DNA of 64,000 bases from Candidatus Latescibacterota bacterium (GTDB lineage: Bacteria; Latescibacterota; UBA2968; GCA-2709665): assembly GCA_965219455.1 (NCBI GenBank), contig OZ244744.1, positions 2,656,001-2,720,000 of the forward strand. The letters are read 5' to 3'. Below are positions 11,627-21,932 of this stretch, piece by piece; positions within the stretch are counted from its first letter, which is position 1; each line of letters starts with the position of its first letter. The notes beneath the pieces were generated by a model. It was given only the letters and a program-made list of their open reading frames with translations, had not been told where the DNA came from and did no database searches. A program made the position numbers and the translations under genes.

Positions 11627-12826
11627 TCAGTCGTTTATCCGAAGCGGCATCAGCAGGCACAGGTAGTCTTCCCCTTCCGGCTGCTCCGCCGGCCGAATGA
11701 TGCCCGCCGCCGTCGGCCCGTCCAGCTCTAACAATACCTGCTCGGAGTCGATACGCCTGAGAATATCCAGGAGATAATTCGAATTGTAACCAACCGCCAT
11801 TTCATCGCCGCTATATTCCGCTTCGAGCACCTCGCGAGCCTCGCCGCCAATCTCCTGGCTCGAGGCCGAGAGTACGACTCGGTTGTCGTTCATTTCCAGG
11901 CGAACCTGGTGGGTCTGCGCGCTTGAAAGGATGGAGACCCGTCGAACAGCGGGCATAAACAGGCTGTTGGGCACCTTCATCCTTGTGCCATTGTCCTGGG
12001 GGATCACTTGCTCGTAGTCGACGTAGGGCCCTTCGACCAGGCGGGAAAACAGACGAATGGCGCCTTTGGTATTCGTTGCGGAGCCCTTGGAGGCCTGCAG
12101 ATCGAACATCAGGTGATTCTGACCGAACTGCACCCGGCCCAAGCTGCTGCCTGCCGAAGCCAGCTTGACCACATGGTTCAGCGCCCGGGTGGGCACGATT
12201 GCCTCCGTCGAGACCTCTCGCGCCTCCGAATCGGAGAGCGTTCTGGAGTACCTGACCAGCCTTGCCCCGTCCGTGGCAACCATGGTCATCCGGCCGCTGC
12301 CTACCTTCCAGAACACCCCGTTCAGGATCGGTCTGGTTTCGTCTCTGGATACGGCAAACGTCGTCTTTAAAATCATCTCGCGCAACAACTGGCTTTCCCC
12401 GCCGCCCTCAGGCGCTTCTTCTCCGGGCTCGAAGCCCATCTCGGGGCCCTCGACTTCCGTGGGCAATTCGGGAAAGTCTTCCGCGGGCGTCGCCATGAGG
12501 GAATACGTTCCTTCCAGCCCCGATTGGCACTGAAGCGTCACGCGCCCCGACGCTTCGGTCAGAACAATGGGACCCTCGGGCAACTCCCGCACGATCTCGG
12601 CGAATTTCCGGGCCGGAACCGTCGTTGAGCCCTCTGTTTCCACGGTACCCGCAAGCATACAGTGGATGGAAATATCCAGATCTGTCGCGCTCAGGCATAC
12701 TTCCCCGCTCTCGTTGGTTCCGACGAGAATATTCGACAGTACAGGGAGGGCTGTTTTGGACGGCACTATGTCCATTACCGAATTGATGCCCCAGATAAGC
12801 ATATCCTGCTCGATAACCACCTTCAT
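11627..12826 (-). CDS. dnaN: DNA polymerase III beta sliding clamp
   Basis: SATDLD, DETRPILNG, VATDGARL and LLMPLR. Confidence 0.96.
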   Translation of the reverse strand: MKVVIEQDMLIWGINSVMDIVPSKTALPVLSNILVGTNESGEVCLSATDLDISIHCMLAGTVETEGSTTVPARKFAEIVRELPEGPIVLTEASGRVTLQCQSGLEGTYSLMATPAEDFPELPTEVEGPEMGFEPGEEAPEGGGESQLLREMILKTTFAVSRDETRPILNGVFWKVGSGRMTMVATDGARLVRYSRTLSDSEAREVSTEAIVPTRALNHVVKLASAGSSLGRVQFGQNHLMFDLQASKGSATNTKGAIRLFSRLVEGPYVDYEQVIPQDNGTRMKVPNSLFMPAVRRVSILSSAQTHQVRLEMNDNRVVLSASSQEIGGEAREVLEAEYSGDEMAVGYNSNYLLDILRRIDSEQVLLELDGPTAAGIIRPAEQPEGEDYLCLLMPLRIND

Positions 12827-12943
12827 TTTCTGTCTCCCGGGAACACGTCTGGCAATGACGCTGCCCCACCGAAATCCGGATTAAAATTCGGGTTTGTATC
12901 CGTCGAAAAAAACGGCTGGATCGGCCATTCGAAACAATGACGT

Positions 12944-12972
12944 AATATACTGATTTTTATCGAATTTGTCAA
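12944..12972 (-). promoter_or_regulatory. sigma70-type promoter for dnaN
   Basis: TTGACA-17 nt-TATATT. Confidence 0.65.
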
Positions 12973-13239
12973 CGTTTTTCATCTTTTTGACAGTCCAACG
13001 CAAAGCCCCTTCCGAACGGCCCTTTGCGCCACCCCACAGACTGTCGTTTCAGCACTCTCAACCTCCCTCCGTCCCCCGTGGACCGGCGGCCGTTGCTTTC
13101 GATCCGAACCCGAGTGCTCTCTAACGGTCCGGCCATGGTTCAGCCGTGGCGCGAACAGCTCCTGCGAACGCACAGATCGCCGCCCGACGCACGTATCCCG
13201 GGACGAGCGCGCGACATCCATCATTCCACTCCGGCAGCG

Positions 13240-13640
13240 CGCGCTATCCACATTCGACATTGTGAACAACACTTGCGAAATTCTCTACGGCTCTCGTTCG
13301 AATCAGGAGTTACAAATATATATTTATATGTTATATAGAAGAATATTTTACCTTTCGATTGCCGAGTTCTGGTTTTGTGAATAACTTTCGGGAGAATCTG
13401 TGGAAAACGATCTACTGCGGCACGCAGGCGCCACCGGGGTGGATAACACCTCGAATATTCACATGTTATCCATAGCAATTCTACAAATCTGCCATTGGGT
13501 TTTGCTTTATTTGAACGGCCGATTTCGATGTTTTCCACTTTTCCGCCCGCCATGTTATTGTTGTATTTTAGAAGTCATTTAATTCTATCAATCCATAAAC
13601 CATAACAACATGAAGCCTTATCTTCTGTTGATATGTCCGG
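13240..13640. other. oriC: Probable oriC (dnaA-dnaN intergenic)
   Basis: DnaA-box-like 9-mers at 13244, 13261(-), 13376(-, TTATTCACA), 13399(-, TTTTCCACA), 13438(-, TTATCCACC), 13455, 13466 and 13531. AT-rich tract at about 13310-13350. Gene orientation flips here and, by eye, the plus strand changes from C-rich to G-rich. Confidence 0.8.
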
Positions 13641-13762
13641 GTATCAATAAAAAAATGACCGATTCAAGACTGAAATCGGCCGTTCTGCGAAAACACGGTA
13701 TGATACAATGCTGCCACGCGCCGTCGACAGCGAGGACAATGGAAACAACCGGCGAAGGGGGT

Positions 13763-15172
13763 TCAGGCCGTCGCGAATTGCTGAACTCTGTTCTGGATGC
13801 GGCTGACAAGCGCCTGGAAACCCGGGTCGGTTGAAAGCCTGGTGGCGATGTTTTTGCACGCGTGAATGACCGTCGTATGATCCCGATTCCCGAATTCGGT
13901 GCCGATTGACTTGAGGGGCGCCTCCGTAAGCCTTCGGCAAAGGTACATGCAGATATGTCGGGCTGTGGCGATTTCCTGTTTTCGGGTGGACCCGGTCAAC
14001 ATTTCCACGGAGATGTTGAAGAAACCCGCCGTACCTTTCTGGATCTCGTCGATGCTGATTTCGGGTGAGGTGATGGCCTTCACGCGTCCCAGACTCTTTA
14101 TGGTATCCCTGGCGATTTGGAGGGAAACGGGTGCGCGTTTATATATCGAAAAAGTAATTAGGTGGGTCAGGGCGCCTTCCAGTTCCCGGATGTTGGAATT
14201 GACCTGTTCGGCCATGAAACGAGCCACATCCGGGGGGATCCGGACACCGTGATCGGCGGCCTTCCGATTTACAATTGCCATCCGGGTTTCCAGGTCTGGC
14301 CGGTCAATATCCGAAACGAGGCCCCACTGAAACCTTGAAATAAGCCTGTCTTCGAATCCTTTAAGGGTTGACGGCGGGCGGTCTGAACTCAGAACGATCT
14401 GTTTGTTCCGTTGATGCAATGAGTTGAAGGTGTGAATGAGTTCCCGCTGGCACGCTTCAGTTTTTACGTAAAACTGAATATCGTCAATCAAAAGAATGTC
14501 CGCGTTCCGATAAATTTCGATATACGCGGATGTATCCTGCTTCTGGATGGCTTTCAGATAGTCCGTAAAGAACCGCTCGGCAGTCGCATACACCACACGC
14601 CGGGCCGTGTTGTTACGTACACAATAGTCGCCAATCGCCTGCAGCAAGTGCGTTTTCCCCAAGCCCACGCCGCTATAGATGACCAGGGGATTGTAGGATA
14701 TCTGCCCGGGCGACTCCGCGACGGCTTTCGCCGCCGTAAACGAGAATTGATTGCTCTCACCGACGACGAAGTCTTCAAAGCGATATCGGGGATTCAGCGG
14801 AAAGACGGCTTCGGAGACAGGTGCGGGAGCGACCCCTTTTTGTTCGGGTTCGGGCTTCCCCGGGGGAGCGGAATCGTCAGTAATAGAGAAATCGAGTGGC
14901 GCCCCTGAGGTAGACCGGACATTTTTCTCGACATCGAATCTGACTTCCGGCGTCCAGGAAGTAATCTCTTTTATTGTAGCCTGGATTAAATCAAGCCAAT
15001 GTTCTTCAAGCCAGTCCGCAAAAAAGGAGGTTGGCACCTCGATGACAGCGAACTCGGCGCCCAGCCGCGGTGAGGACGTCTGGGCGAACCATGTGCGGTA
15101 GGCATCCGCCTCGACTTTCCCCTCTATTTTTCGCAGACACTGGCCCCAGAGGTCGGAAGGATTTTCAACCAT
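13763..15172 (-). CDS. dnaA: Chromosomal replication initiator DnaA
   Basis: YNPLVIYSGVGLGKTHL, LLIDDIQF, RLISRF, NIRELEGAL and GNRDHTTVIHA. Start is 15172 or 15190. Confidence 0.97.
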   Translation of the reverse strand: MVENPSDLWGQCLRKIEGKVEADAYRTWFAQTSSPRLGAEFAVIEVPTSFFADWLEEHWLDLIQATIKEITSWTPEVRFDVEKNVRSTSGAPLDFSITDDSAPPGKPEPEQKGVAPAPVSEAVFPLNPRYRFEDFVVGESNQFSFTAAKAVAESPGQISYNPLVIYSGVGLGKTHLLQAIGDYCVRNNTARRVVYATAERFFTDYLKAIQKQDTSAYIEIYRNADILLIDDIQFYVKTEACQRELIHTFNSLHQRNKQIVLSSDRPPSTLKGFEDRLISRFQWGLVSDIDRPDLETRMAIVNRKAADHGVRIPPDVARFMAEQVNSNIRELEGALTHLITFSIYKRAPVSLQIARDTIKSLGRVKAITSPEISIDEIQKGTAGFFNISVEMLTGSTRKQEIATARHICMYLCRRLTEAPLKSIGTEFGNRDHTTVIHACKNIATRLSTDPGFQALVSRIQNRVQQFATA

Positions 15173-15488
15173 AGAGACAAAACCACCCATACGTCAGCGA
15201 GGGACATGAGCCGTCGCTAAACCGGATTTACAATATAAAGAGAGAGTTGGCCGGGAATTACGCCGAGCCCCGCCAGAAGCCAGAAAATCATCTATTGGAG
15301 GGAGTGTTGCAGAAGATGTTCTGGGGGGATACAATTAACGGCAAAGGAAGGGATGCATTCCTTAAAATCGGACAATAATGCGGCCTGCCGGTGGCCGTCC
15401 GGTCACACGAATAATAGAGATAAAGCAATGATGAACAAGTAAAGCGGGGGAGTCGCCGAATGAACTATCCTCGGCATTTGGAGGGCCC

Positions 15489-15517
15489 AAGCTAAAGAAT
15501 AGATTCGGAAAAGTCAA
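15489..15517 (-). promoter_or_regulatory. Putative dnaA promoter
   Basis: TTGACT-17 nt-TAGCTT. Confidence 0.5.
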
Positions 15518-15655
15518 GCCCTTTTTGCCAGAAAATACAGCGTATTATACACCTAGGGTTCGATAGAGTGGAGGCCCTATATAATGGGTATTAAATGAAA
15601 TAAATACAATATGTAGGGGAATTTTGTGTGATCGTATGGATACCGGCGAAATCAC

Positions 15656-15684
15656 TTGACAAAGATTCCGTCCCCCTCTATATT
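15656..15684 (+). promoter_or_regulatory. sigma70-type promoter for the rpmH operon
   Basis: TTGACA-17 nt-TATATT. Confidence 0.7.
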
Positions 15685-15750
15685 CATAACTTCCTACAAT
15701 TCATTCAGATACGTGAACGGCCGTTCTTTGCGTAACGCTCGGACAATGTA

Positions 15751-15885
15751 ATGAAGCGGACATTTCAGCCCAGCAACCGGAAACGAAAAAACAAACACGG
15801 CTTTCGCCATCGCATGCGGACCCCCGGTGGGCGTAAGATCTTCGGCAGGCGCCGCCGAAAGGGCCGCGAACGGGTCTCCCTCTAG
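15751..15885 (+). CDS. rpmH: 50S ribosomal protein L34
   Basis: Hand translation [44 protein letters not shown]; shorter than any ORF in the track. Confidence 0.97.
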   Translation: MKRTFQPSNRKRKNKHGFRHRMRTPGGRKIFGRRRRKGRERVSL

Positions 15886-15887
15886 GA

Positions 15888-16277
15888 ATGAGCAGGTCGA
15901 AAGCCCGGCTGCGCCGTGAGGTTCAGAATCTTCGACGGACCGGATCGTTGTTCCGGGGCCGCTGGTTGCACGTCCGTGCGTGTAAATCCGCAGAAGATCG
16001 TATCTTTATCTCCGTACGGAAGCGGTTTGGAAAGGCAGTTGCACGAAATCTCGCGCGGCGGCGAATTCGTGCTATCTGCCGGGAAATGGCGCCGCACCAC
16101 CGCACGGGTCATATGGCGCCGCACCACCGCACGGGTCATTTGGTCATTATTTCCGTTGGCGACCGGTCAGACTCTGCGGGGTTCGGGGATCTCCGTACGG
16201 ATTTGATATCTGCGTTCGTAAATCTGGGTCTTCTCCGCAGGTCGGCCATCCCGCCGGTCGGGTTGCTTCCTCGTTGA
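15888..16277 (+). CDS. rnpA: Ribonuclease P protein component
   Basis: ISVRKRFGKAVARNLARRRIR (RNR-like motif) and synteny after rpmH. Confidence 0.88.
   Translation: MSRSKARLRREVQNLRRTGSLFRGRWLHVRACKSAEDRIFISVRKRFGKAVARNLARRRIRAICREMAPHHRTGHMAPHHRTGHLVIISVGDRSDSAGFGDLRTDLISAFVNLGLLRRSAIPPVGLLPR
16086..16139 (+). repeat. Perfect 27-bp tandem duplication inside rnpA
   Basis: ATGGCGCCGCACCACCGCACGGGTCAT occurs twice (MAPHHRTGH x2). Confidence 0.95.
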
Positions 16278-16394
16278 ATCGTTCTCCGCATTGTCTTCGC
16301 ATGTGTGTCGCCCTCCTCCTCACGCTCACCGCTACTGTTCCAGGCCCGGAAATAGATTGCCGAAATTCGGTCGATGAGTCGCCCGGCTCGCATC

Positions 16395-16610
16395 CATCGA
16401 CAGGCTCAGGAACCGGCGCCTGAACGAGGGCGGTCTGTTCAAGCATTGGCGAGCGAGGACACTTCGACAAGCTTGCTTCGACAGGCTCAGCACAGGCAGC
16501 GCAAGCAACTCAGCGAGACCTGCCTGCCGCGCGTTGCTTGGCGCAGGCAGGCGGGATGAATCGTCGGAAAAAGGATGACGTATTTCCGGGACAGGACACT
16601 TGCCCCTACC
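16395..16610. repeat. Cluster of short REP-like palindromic repeats
   Basis: TCGACAGGCTCAG units (nested), CCTGCCTGCCG...GCAGGCAGG hairpin and a GCCCCTAC end; the same motifs recur at 49420-49600. Confidence 0.7.
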
Positions 16611-16702
16611 TCTTTATTTGCGGGATTCGATTTCCTGCATACGACCCGGATCCGCTCTTGTTCCTGTCTTCTCTTTGCATATCCTCAATACAGGTCTGAC
16701 GA

Positions 16703-18385
16703 ATGGATAAGCGTACAATCTCCGCCTTTATTTTAATCGGCCTGATCATCATCCTCTATCCCCATTATATGGAATGGATAACCGGGGGACCGACTCCGAT
16801 CTCTCCACCTGAGCCGGTCCCCGCCGAAAGCCTGCGAACGCCGCGGGCGGCGCCGCCGGAACCGCCCATCCGTCAGCCCGAGATTGAGCGGGAGGCGTCC
16901 CCGGGCGTATCTACAGATCTGCAGGTCAGCCGGACCGCATCACGCGAATTCACCCCGCAGGACGTCACCGTCGAAACCGACCTCTTTACGGCCACGTTCA
17001 GCACCCGCGGCGGGGTATTGAACCGCCTTCGGCTGAAGGCCTATGAACACCCGGACGGCGGGCAACTCGATTTGATCGCGTTCGGGAGCACCGCGCTGGG
17101 TCTATCGTTAGCCGGTGAATCGCTGGATGCGTATGAATTCGCTACGGACACACCGAGGCTCACGCTGATCGGTGCCGAACAGGCCGAACTCATCTTCAGG
17201 GCGCAACTGGGACAGCGGGTGGTTGAAAAGCGGCTTCGCTTTCAGGGCAACCGGTACCGGCTGGACATGGCGCTGGCCGTATCCGGACTGCAGCCGGACG
17301 AGAAGCTGGGCGTAGATTGGTCGGGCAGTCTTGCCGATACCGAGAACAGCCCGGACGAGAACGCAGCCTATATGGCGGTTGTCACACGTTCGGGCGGCGA
17401 GGTGGAAACCTGGAATGTTGCGGATCTGGGACCCGATGCGGATCCTCCGCCTGGTGGCCAGATCTCCTGGTTTGGGATTCGGAACAAGTACTTTCTGGTT
17501 GCCCTCATCCCCCCTGATGGCAGTTATAGCATGGCATTGAGCGGCGCCATGCGCGACGTGGCCGAATGGTACGACGTCGAAATCCTGGCCAAAGGCACCG
17601 ATCCCGGTCAGCGGTACGGCGTTTATTTCGGTCCGATCTCCTACGATCGGCTCAGGGAGCAGAATTGGGACCTGTCGGGCAACTACCGTGAACTGGAAAT
17701 GGAGGAGTTCATGGAGTATGGCTTCGCCATGTTCCGGCCAATCATTAAACCCATCACCAATCTGAATCTCTGGGCCTTTCTCGCGCTTCATCCGCTGATC
17801 CCGAACTATGGCCTTGTCATTATCGTCTTTTCCGTGCTCATTAAAATCGTGGTGTTTCCGCTAACGCACAAGAGTCTCGAAGCAGCTGCCAAGATGCAGC
17901 AGCTTCAGCCCAAGATCGCCGCGATGCGGAAAAAATACCCGGACGACCAACAGAAGGTCAGCCGGGAGATGATGAAGCTCTACAAGGTGGAGGGCGTGAA
18001 TCCCCTGGGGGGCTGCCTGCCGATGGTCATCCAGATGCCCATCCTCTTTTCGCTGTTCAACGTGTTTCGGGGCGCGATCGAACTCCGGCAGTCCGAGTTC
18101 ATGTTCTGGATTACGGACCTGTCGCAGCCGGACCGGTTTTTCATCGGCGGGTATGAAATCCACCTGTTGCCGCTGCTTATGGCCGTCTCTACATTTTTCC
18201 AGTCAAAAATGACCATGAAAGATCCCAAGCAGGCGATCATGGTCTACATGATGCCCGTTTTCATGACCTGGATATTCTGGAGCATGTCCTCCGGTCTGGT
18301 GCTCTACTGGACCATGTTCAACGGTCTCACTATTTTGCAGCAGCAAGTTATGGAACGCGTGAAACGCGTGCTCGACAGCCACTGA
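16703..18385 (+). CDS. yidC: Membrane protein insertase YidC
   Basis: N-terminal TM helix, periplasmic domain, GVNPLGGCLP, WITDLSQPD and SGLVLYW. Confidence 0.96.
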   Translation: MDKRTISAFILIGLIIILYPHYMEWITGGPTPISPPEPVPAESLRTPRAAPPEPPIRQPEIEREASPGVSTDLQVSRTASREFTPQDVTVETDLFTATFSTRGGVLNRLRLKAYEHPDGGQLDLIAFGSTALGLSLAGESLDAYEFATDTPRLTLIGAEQAELIFRAQLGQRVVEKRLRFQGNRYRLDMALAVSGLQPDEKLGVDWSGSLADTENSPDENAAYMAVVTRSGGEVETWNVADLGPDADPPPGGQISWFGIRNKYFLVALIPPDGSYSMALSGAMRDVAEWYDVEILAKGTDPGQRYGVYFGPISYDRLREQNWDLSGNYRELEMEEFMEYGFAMFRPIIKPITNLNLWAFLALHPLIPNYGLVIIVFSVLIKIVVFPLTHKSLEAAAKMQQLQPKIAAMRKKYPDDQQKVSREMMKLYKVEGVNPLGGCLPMVIQMPILFSLFNVFRGAIELRQSEFMFWITDLSQPDRFFIGGYEIHLLPLLMAVSTFFQSKMTMKDPKQAIMVYMMPVFMTWIFWSMSSGLVLYWTMFNGLTILQQQVMERVKRVLDSH

Positions 18386-18397
18386 GGGTAAGTCACA

Positions 18398-19753
18398 ATG
18401 CGACCTTCGGATCGCGATACCATTGTCGCAATCGCCACCGGCCCCGGCGAGGCAGCGATAGGCATCGTGCGTCTTACAGGTCCGGAGGCAGTAGGAATTG
18501 CCTCCGGTTTTTTTTGTGGATCACTCGAATTGAGCCGCATTGAGGACCGCCGCCTGACGTACGGCCGGTTTGTCGTCGAAGACCAGGACCTGGATGAGGT
18601 CCTGGTCTCCGTCATGCGGGCATCCCGGTCGTTTACGGGCGAAGATACGGTCGAGTTCAACTGCCACGGGGGCCCTCTCCTTCTGCAACGAGCGATGGAG
18701 GGCCTCGTGTCGGCGGGTGCCCGGCCAGCTGAACCCGGTGAATTCACCCGGCGGGCATTTCTCAATGGCCGGATCGATCTCACCCAGGCGGAGGCGATCG
18801 CGGATATGATCGCCGCCCGGGCGGACCGGGGTCTTCGGTCCGCCTACTTCCGGTTGCGCGGTGGTTTGAGGTCAAGGTTCGAGGATCTGGCGGAAGTCCT
18901 GCGGGATTCGCTGACGTTGATCGAGGCCGGATTGGATTTTTACGAAGACGCGGGCGTCGAACAGGACGCCATCCGTCCGTCGCTCACGCGGGCGGCGGAA
19001 GAAATCGAGCGCCTGATCGCCTCCTATCGGCACGGGAAAGTCATACGCGAGGGCGTCCTCGTTGCGCTGGCGGGCCCTCCGAACGCGGGCAAATCGAGCC
19101 TCCTTAACGGACTGCTGGAAGAAGACCGCGCGATCGTGTCGCCGGTGTCCGGAACCACACGTGATACGATTGAAGAGTCCATTACCCTTGATGGGATTCG
19201 CGTAACGCTGGTCGACACGGCCGGTATCGTGGAGCCGCGTGACGCCATTGAGCGCGAGGGCGCCCGGAGGTCACGGGAAGTGATTACCCGGGCCGCGCTT
19301 GTGCTGTTGATCGTCGACGCGTCCGTCCCCGCTGCCGCGGGTTTGTATGACATGGTCGCGGGCGTGGATCCTGTCAACGTGCTTCTCGTGATGAACAAGA
19401 AGGATCTCGGCCTTCATGGCGATTGGCTGGGTGACCACGCGTTCCGGGGACTCTCCATCTCTGCCCTCACGGGGGAAGGTCTTGAGAGTCTCAGGAAGCA
19501 CATCCGCGGGCGAGTCGTGTCGGTCTCGGATCCCGAACCCGGTGTGGTAACGCACGCGCGCCACGTGGAGGCGTTGCGGCGGTCGGGGGACGCCCTTGGG
19601 AGGGCGACGGGTGCGCTGGACGTCGGCCTTCCGCGAGAAGTCGTCGCGTTGGAATTGGGGGAAGCAGCCGACGCGCTGGCCGAAATTGTCGGCGAAACGA
19701 CGTCGGAGGAGATCCTGGACCGGATTTTCAGTACTTTCTGTATCGGCAAATAA
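18398..19753 (+). CDS. mnmE: tRNA modification GTPase MnmE
   Basis: DTIVAIAT, GPPNAGKSS, GTTRD, DTAG, NKKD and C-terminal FCIGK. Confidence 0.97.
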   Translation: MRPSDRDTIVAIATGPGEAAIGIVRLTGPEAVGIASGFFCGSLELSRIEDRRLTYGRFVVEDQDLDEVLVSVMRASRSFTGEDTVEFNCHGGPLLLQRAMEGLVSAGARPAEPGEFTRRAFLNGRIDLTQAEAIADMIAARADRGLRSAYFRLRGGLRSRFEDLAEVLRDSLTLIEAGLDFYEDAGVEQDAIRPSLTRAAEEIERLIASYRHGKVIREGVLVALAGPPNAGKSSLLNGLLEEDRAIVSPVSGTTRDTIEESITLDGIRVTLVDTAGIVEPRDAIEREGARRSREVITRAALVLLIVDASVPAAAGLYDMVAGVDPVNVLLVMNKKDLGLHGDWLGDHAFRGLSISALTGEGLESLRKHIRGRVVSVSDPEPGVVTHARHVEALRRSGDALGRATGALDVGLPREVVALELGEAADALAEIVGETTSEEILDRIFSTFCIGK

Positions 19754-20010
19754 CCGAAAGACGGTTGAGGGGAGAAGGGAAACGGAAGACGTGAAAGGGA
19801 AGGGTGGGTTGTGCTCGGGGCCGGTTTTCCGCGAACTACTCTTACAACGGAAACCAGGGATTGAGCCCTGCCAAGTTTTCAGCACTCCCCATGCGAAGGC
19901 GCTGGACGGAATAACGCGGAAAAGACCCTTCGCCACCGCCGGACGGGCGAGAGGAAGACCCCGAAGGGCCGCCGCCTTGATTGGCGGTTATACCGCCTTT
20001 GGCTGTATGA

Positions 20011-20126
20011 TTGCGCCGTTTTTGCATTTGTAGGGGCGACTTCAAAGTTGCCCACATCATGGCGTTGACAACGGCCATTGACAGCGCTGGGCCATATCGC
20101 CAACCGCTTCAAGCTGTCTGCTGATC
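20011..20126 (+). repeat. About 130-bp dispersed repeat (GTAG hairpin plus GCTRAY heptamer tail), interrupted by the intron
   Basis: TTGCGCCGT..TTGCATTTGTAGGGGC...GTTGCCC...GCCAACCG.TTCAAGCTG...GCTGA aligns by eye with the reverse complement of about 41702-41832. Confidence 0.75.
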
Positions 20127-20856
20127 GTGCGCCGTGAAAAGGCGCGGATCTTCAGTGGGTGAAAGTCCCACCCGACAAGGGTTGCTTCAGTCGGTAGCAA
20201 CCGGAGCGGGGACGTAGGTAACGAAATCTCCGAAGCCTCCGGTGTAAAGGGTCGCAAGGCGACTCCGCGAGTATGCAGGCCGTAACGCGCAGTGAACGCT
20301 GAGCAAGCCTCGAAAACTGCAATGCGGGAGCCGACCCGATGGTTAGCCGGGGAAGGCCGCCGCCGTTGGAAAAAAAAAGACAGCAACGCGTGCACCCAAC
20401 GGTCCCGCCGGGGTACTGGCGACGGCATGTATATAAAGGGAGGTCCGACGCAACACGGGAAGCCCCAGCGGTGGTGGTGAGACACCAACCGGAAACCCGC
20501 GAGGGACAGGCCGGGCCGAATGGGGTGGCGGACAGGCTCGTAGTACCGGTGATGCCGGGTAACGCCGGCGGAGGAAAGGGGCCTGACTTCGGACACGCTT
20601 GGGAAGGGAACAACGGATTGGAGAGTGGCGCAAGCCTATTACCTCCAAAGAAAGACCAGGCGATCCGGGAACAAGCTTGGCCTTCAGGTGAAGTTGCCTG
20701 GACATAGGAGGTGGCGTGTGCCTGAAGGCGACGTTCGTCGGAGAGCCGGATGCGGGAAATCCGCATGTCCGGTTCGACGAGCGGGATGTGGAAACGGGGC
20801 ACGGAGAGGCTATTAATAGGCCGCTCCTAAACTACCGCGCCACATCCCGACTCTAC
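20127..20856 (+). ncRNA. Group II intron without an intron-encoded protein (730 nt)
   Basis: 5' GTGCG at 20127; domain V GAGCCGGATGCGGGAAATCCGCATGTCCGGTTC at 20743-20775; domain VI GGGATGTGG...CCACATCCCG; 3' end CTCTAC; too short to hold an RT ORF. Confidence 0.92.
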
Positions 20857-21154
20857 GCCGACCACTATTCGCTCCTCGTTCACAGGAAACCACGCCGGTA
20901 TCTGACGCGATACCATTCGAGAGGATCTCCAGAGCAGAGCGCGCGGTTCCGTCCCGCACCGAACACGGATATCCACTGTGGCCGGTAGGGCAGCAGATCC
21001 GGTGCATGCCGTAAGGAAATTCGCGCTGTGCATATGGCAGGCCCCGCGCCTAGCGGCGACTTTTGGTTCCTTTTGGTCGCTTCAAAAGGAACCCGCCTGA
21101 GGCAGGAAATTTGGGGAGATGTGGAATTGGAATCTGGTTTTCGCCTTTTGCTTC

Positions 21155-21203
21155 AAGCTAACGGCTGATGGCTGACCGCTAACAGCCAATCGCCAATCGC
21201 TGA
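21155..21203 (+). repeat. Degenerate heptamer tandem repeat (GCTAACG GCTGATG GCTGACC GCTAACA GCCAATC GCCAATC)
   Basis: Read directly; related arrays occur on the minus strand at about 37283-37317 and 41705-41731. Confidence 0.75.
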
Positions 21204-21219
21204 TGTTCCACGTGAAACA
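21204..21219. promoter_or_regulatory. parS: parS site
   Basis: TGTTCCACGTGAAACA matches the consensus TGTTNCACGTGAAACA and lies near the origin. Confidence 0.9.
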
Positions 21220-21275
21220 TCGGATGCCGGCCGTGAAATCGAAGCGCCCCTTTTCCGGGCGCGCATGGAGGAGCG

Positions 21276-21932
21276 TTGACCGATCAGGAATTTCTGGCCG
21301 CCGCGAAAGCGTTGTCGGTCGATCTGTCGGAAGTGCAGGCCGCGCAGTTTTTTCGCTATGAGGCGCTGCTCAGGTCATGGTCAGAAAGGGTGCGACTGGT
21401 TTCCCGAGGGGACCGGGACAAAATCAGAGAGCACCACTTTATTGACAGTTTGCGGGTGGTGCCCTTTCTGCCCAGGGGGCCCATTTCGCTTTTGGACCTG
21501 GGATCGGGTGCGGGTTTTCCGGGCGTACCGGTCAAGATCGCCCGCCCGGAAGTGAATGTCGTGCTTCTTGAGTCGGCCCGAATGAAGGGTCTTTTCCTGA
21601 ACCACCTGGCGGGGGAACTCGAACTGGACGGGCTGTGCGTTGTAACCGAGCGGGCGGAGGCCGCCCGCGAGCGTGTCGAGCAACGGGGAGGGTACGATAT
21701 TGTAACGGCGCGCGCGGTCGGCTCCCTGCCGATGCTCTGGCGCCTGTCGTCAGGATTGCTAAAACGAGAGGGTGAGTTGTTCGCACTGAAGGGTCCCGGC
21801 GCCGTCCGGGAAGCAGAGGAATTCGGACCGGATGGCCCCGCCGTGTCCATGGAAACCATAGCGCCCGGATCCCGGCACAGGAACACAATTCTTGTCAGGG
21901 TCAGCGCCCGGCGAAATTCCGGGCCGCCCTGA
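21276..21932 (+). CDS. rsmG: 16S rRNA m7G527 methyltransferase RsmG (GidB)
   Basis: HFIDSL, LDLGSGAGFPG and TARAV; GGAGGAG RBS before a TTG start. Confidence 0.95.
   Translation: MTDQEFLAAAKALSVDLSEVQAAQFFRYEALLRSWSERVRLVSRGDRDKIREHHFIDSLRVVPFLPRGPISLLDLGSGAGFPGVPVKIARPEVNVVLLESARMKGLFLNHLAGELELDGLCVVTERAEAARERVEQRGGYDIVTARAVGSLPMLWRLSSGLLKREGELFALKGPGAVREAEEFGPDGPAVSMETIAPGSRHRNTILVRVSARRNSGPP

Noticed and set aside
20057-20988. ORFs overlapping the intron (179, 216, 122 and 90 aa)
   Set aside because: They are translations of structured intron RNA with no RT (YADD) or maturase motifs.
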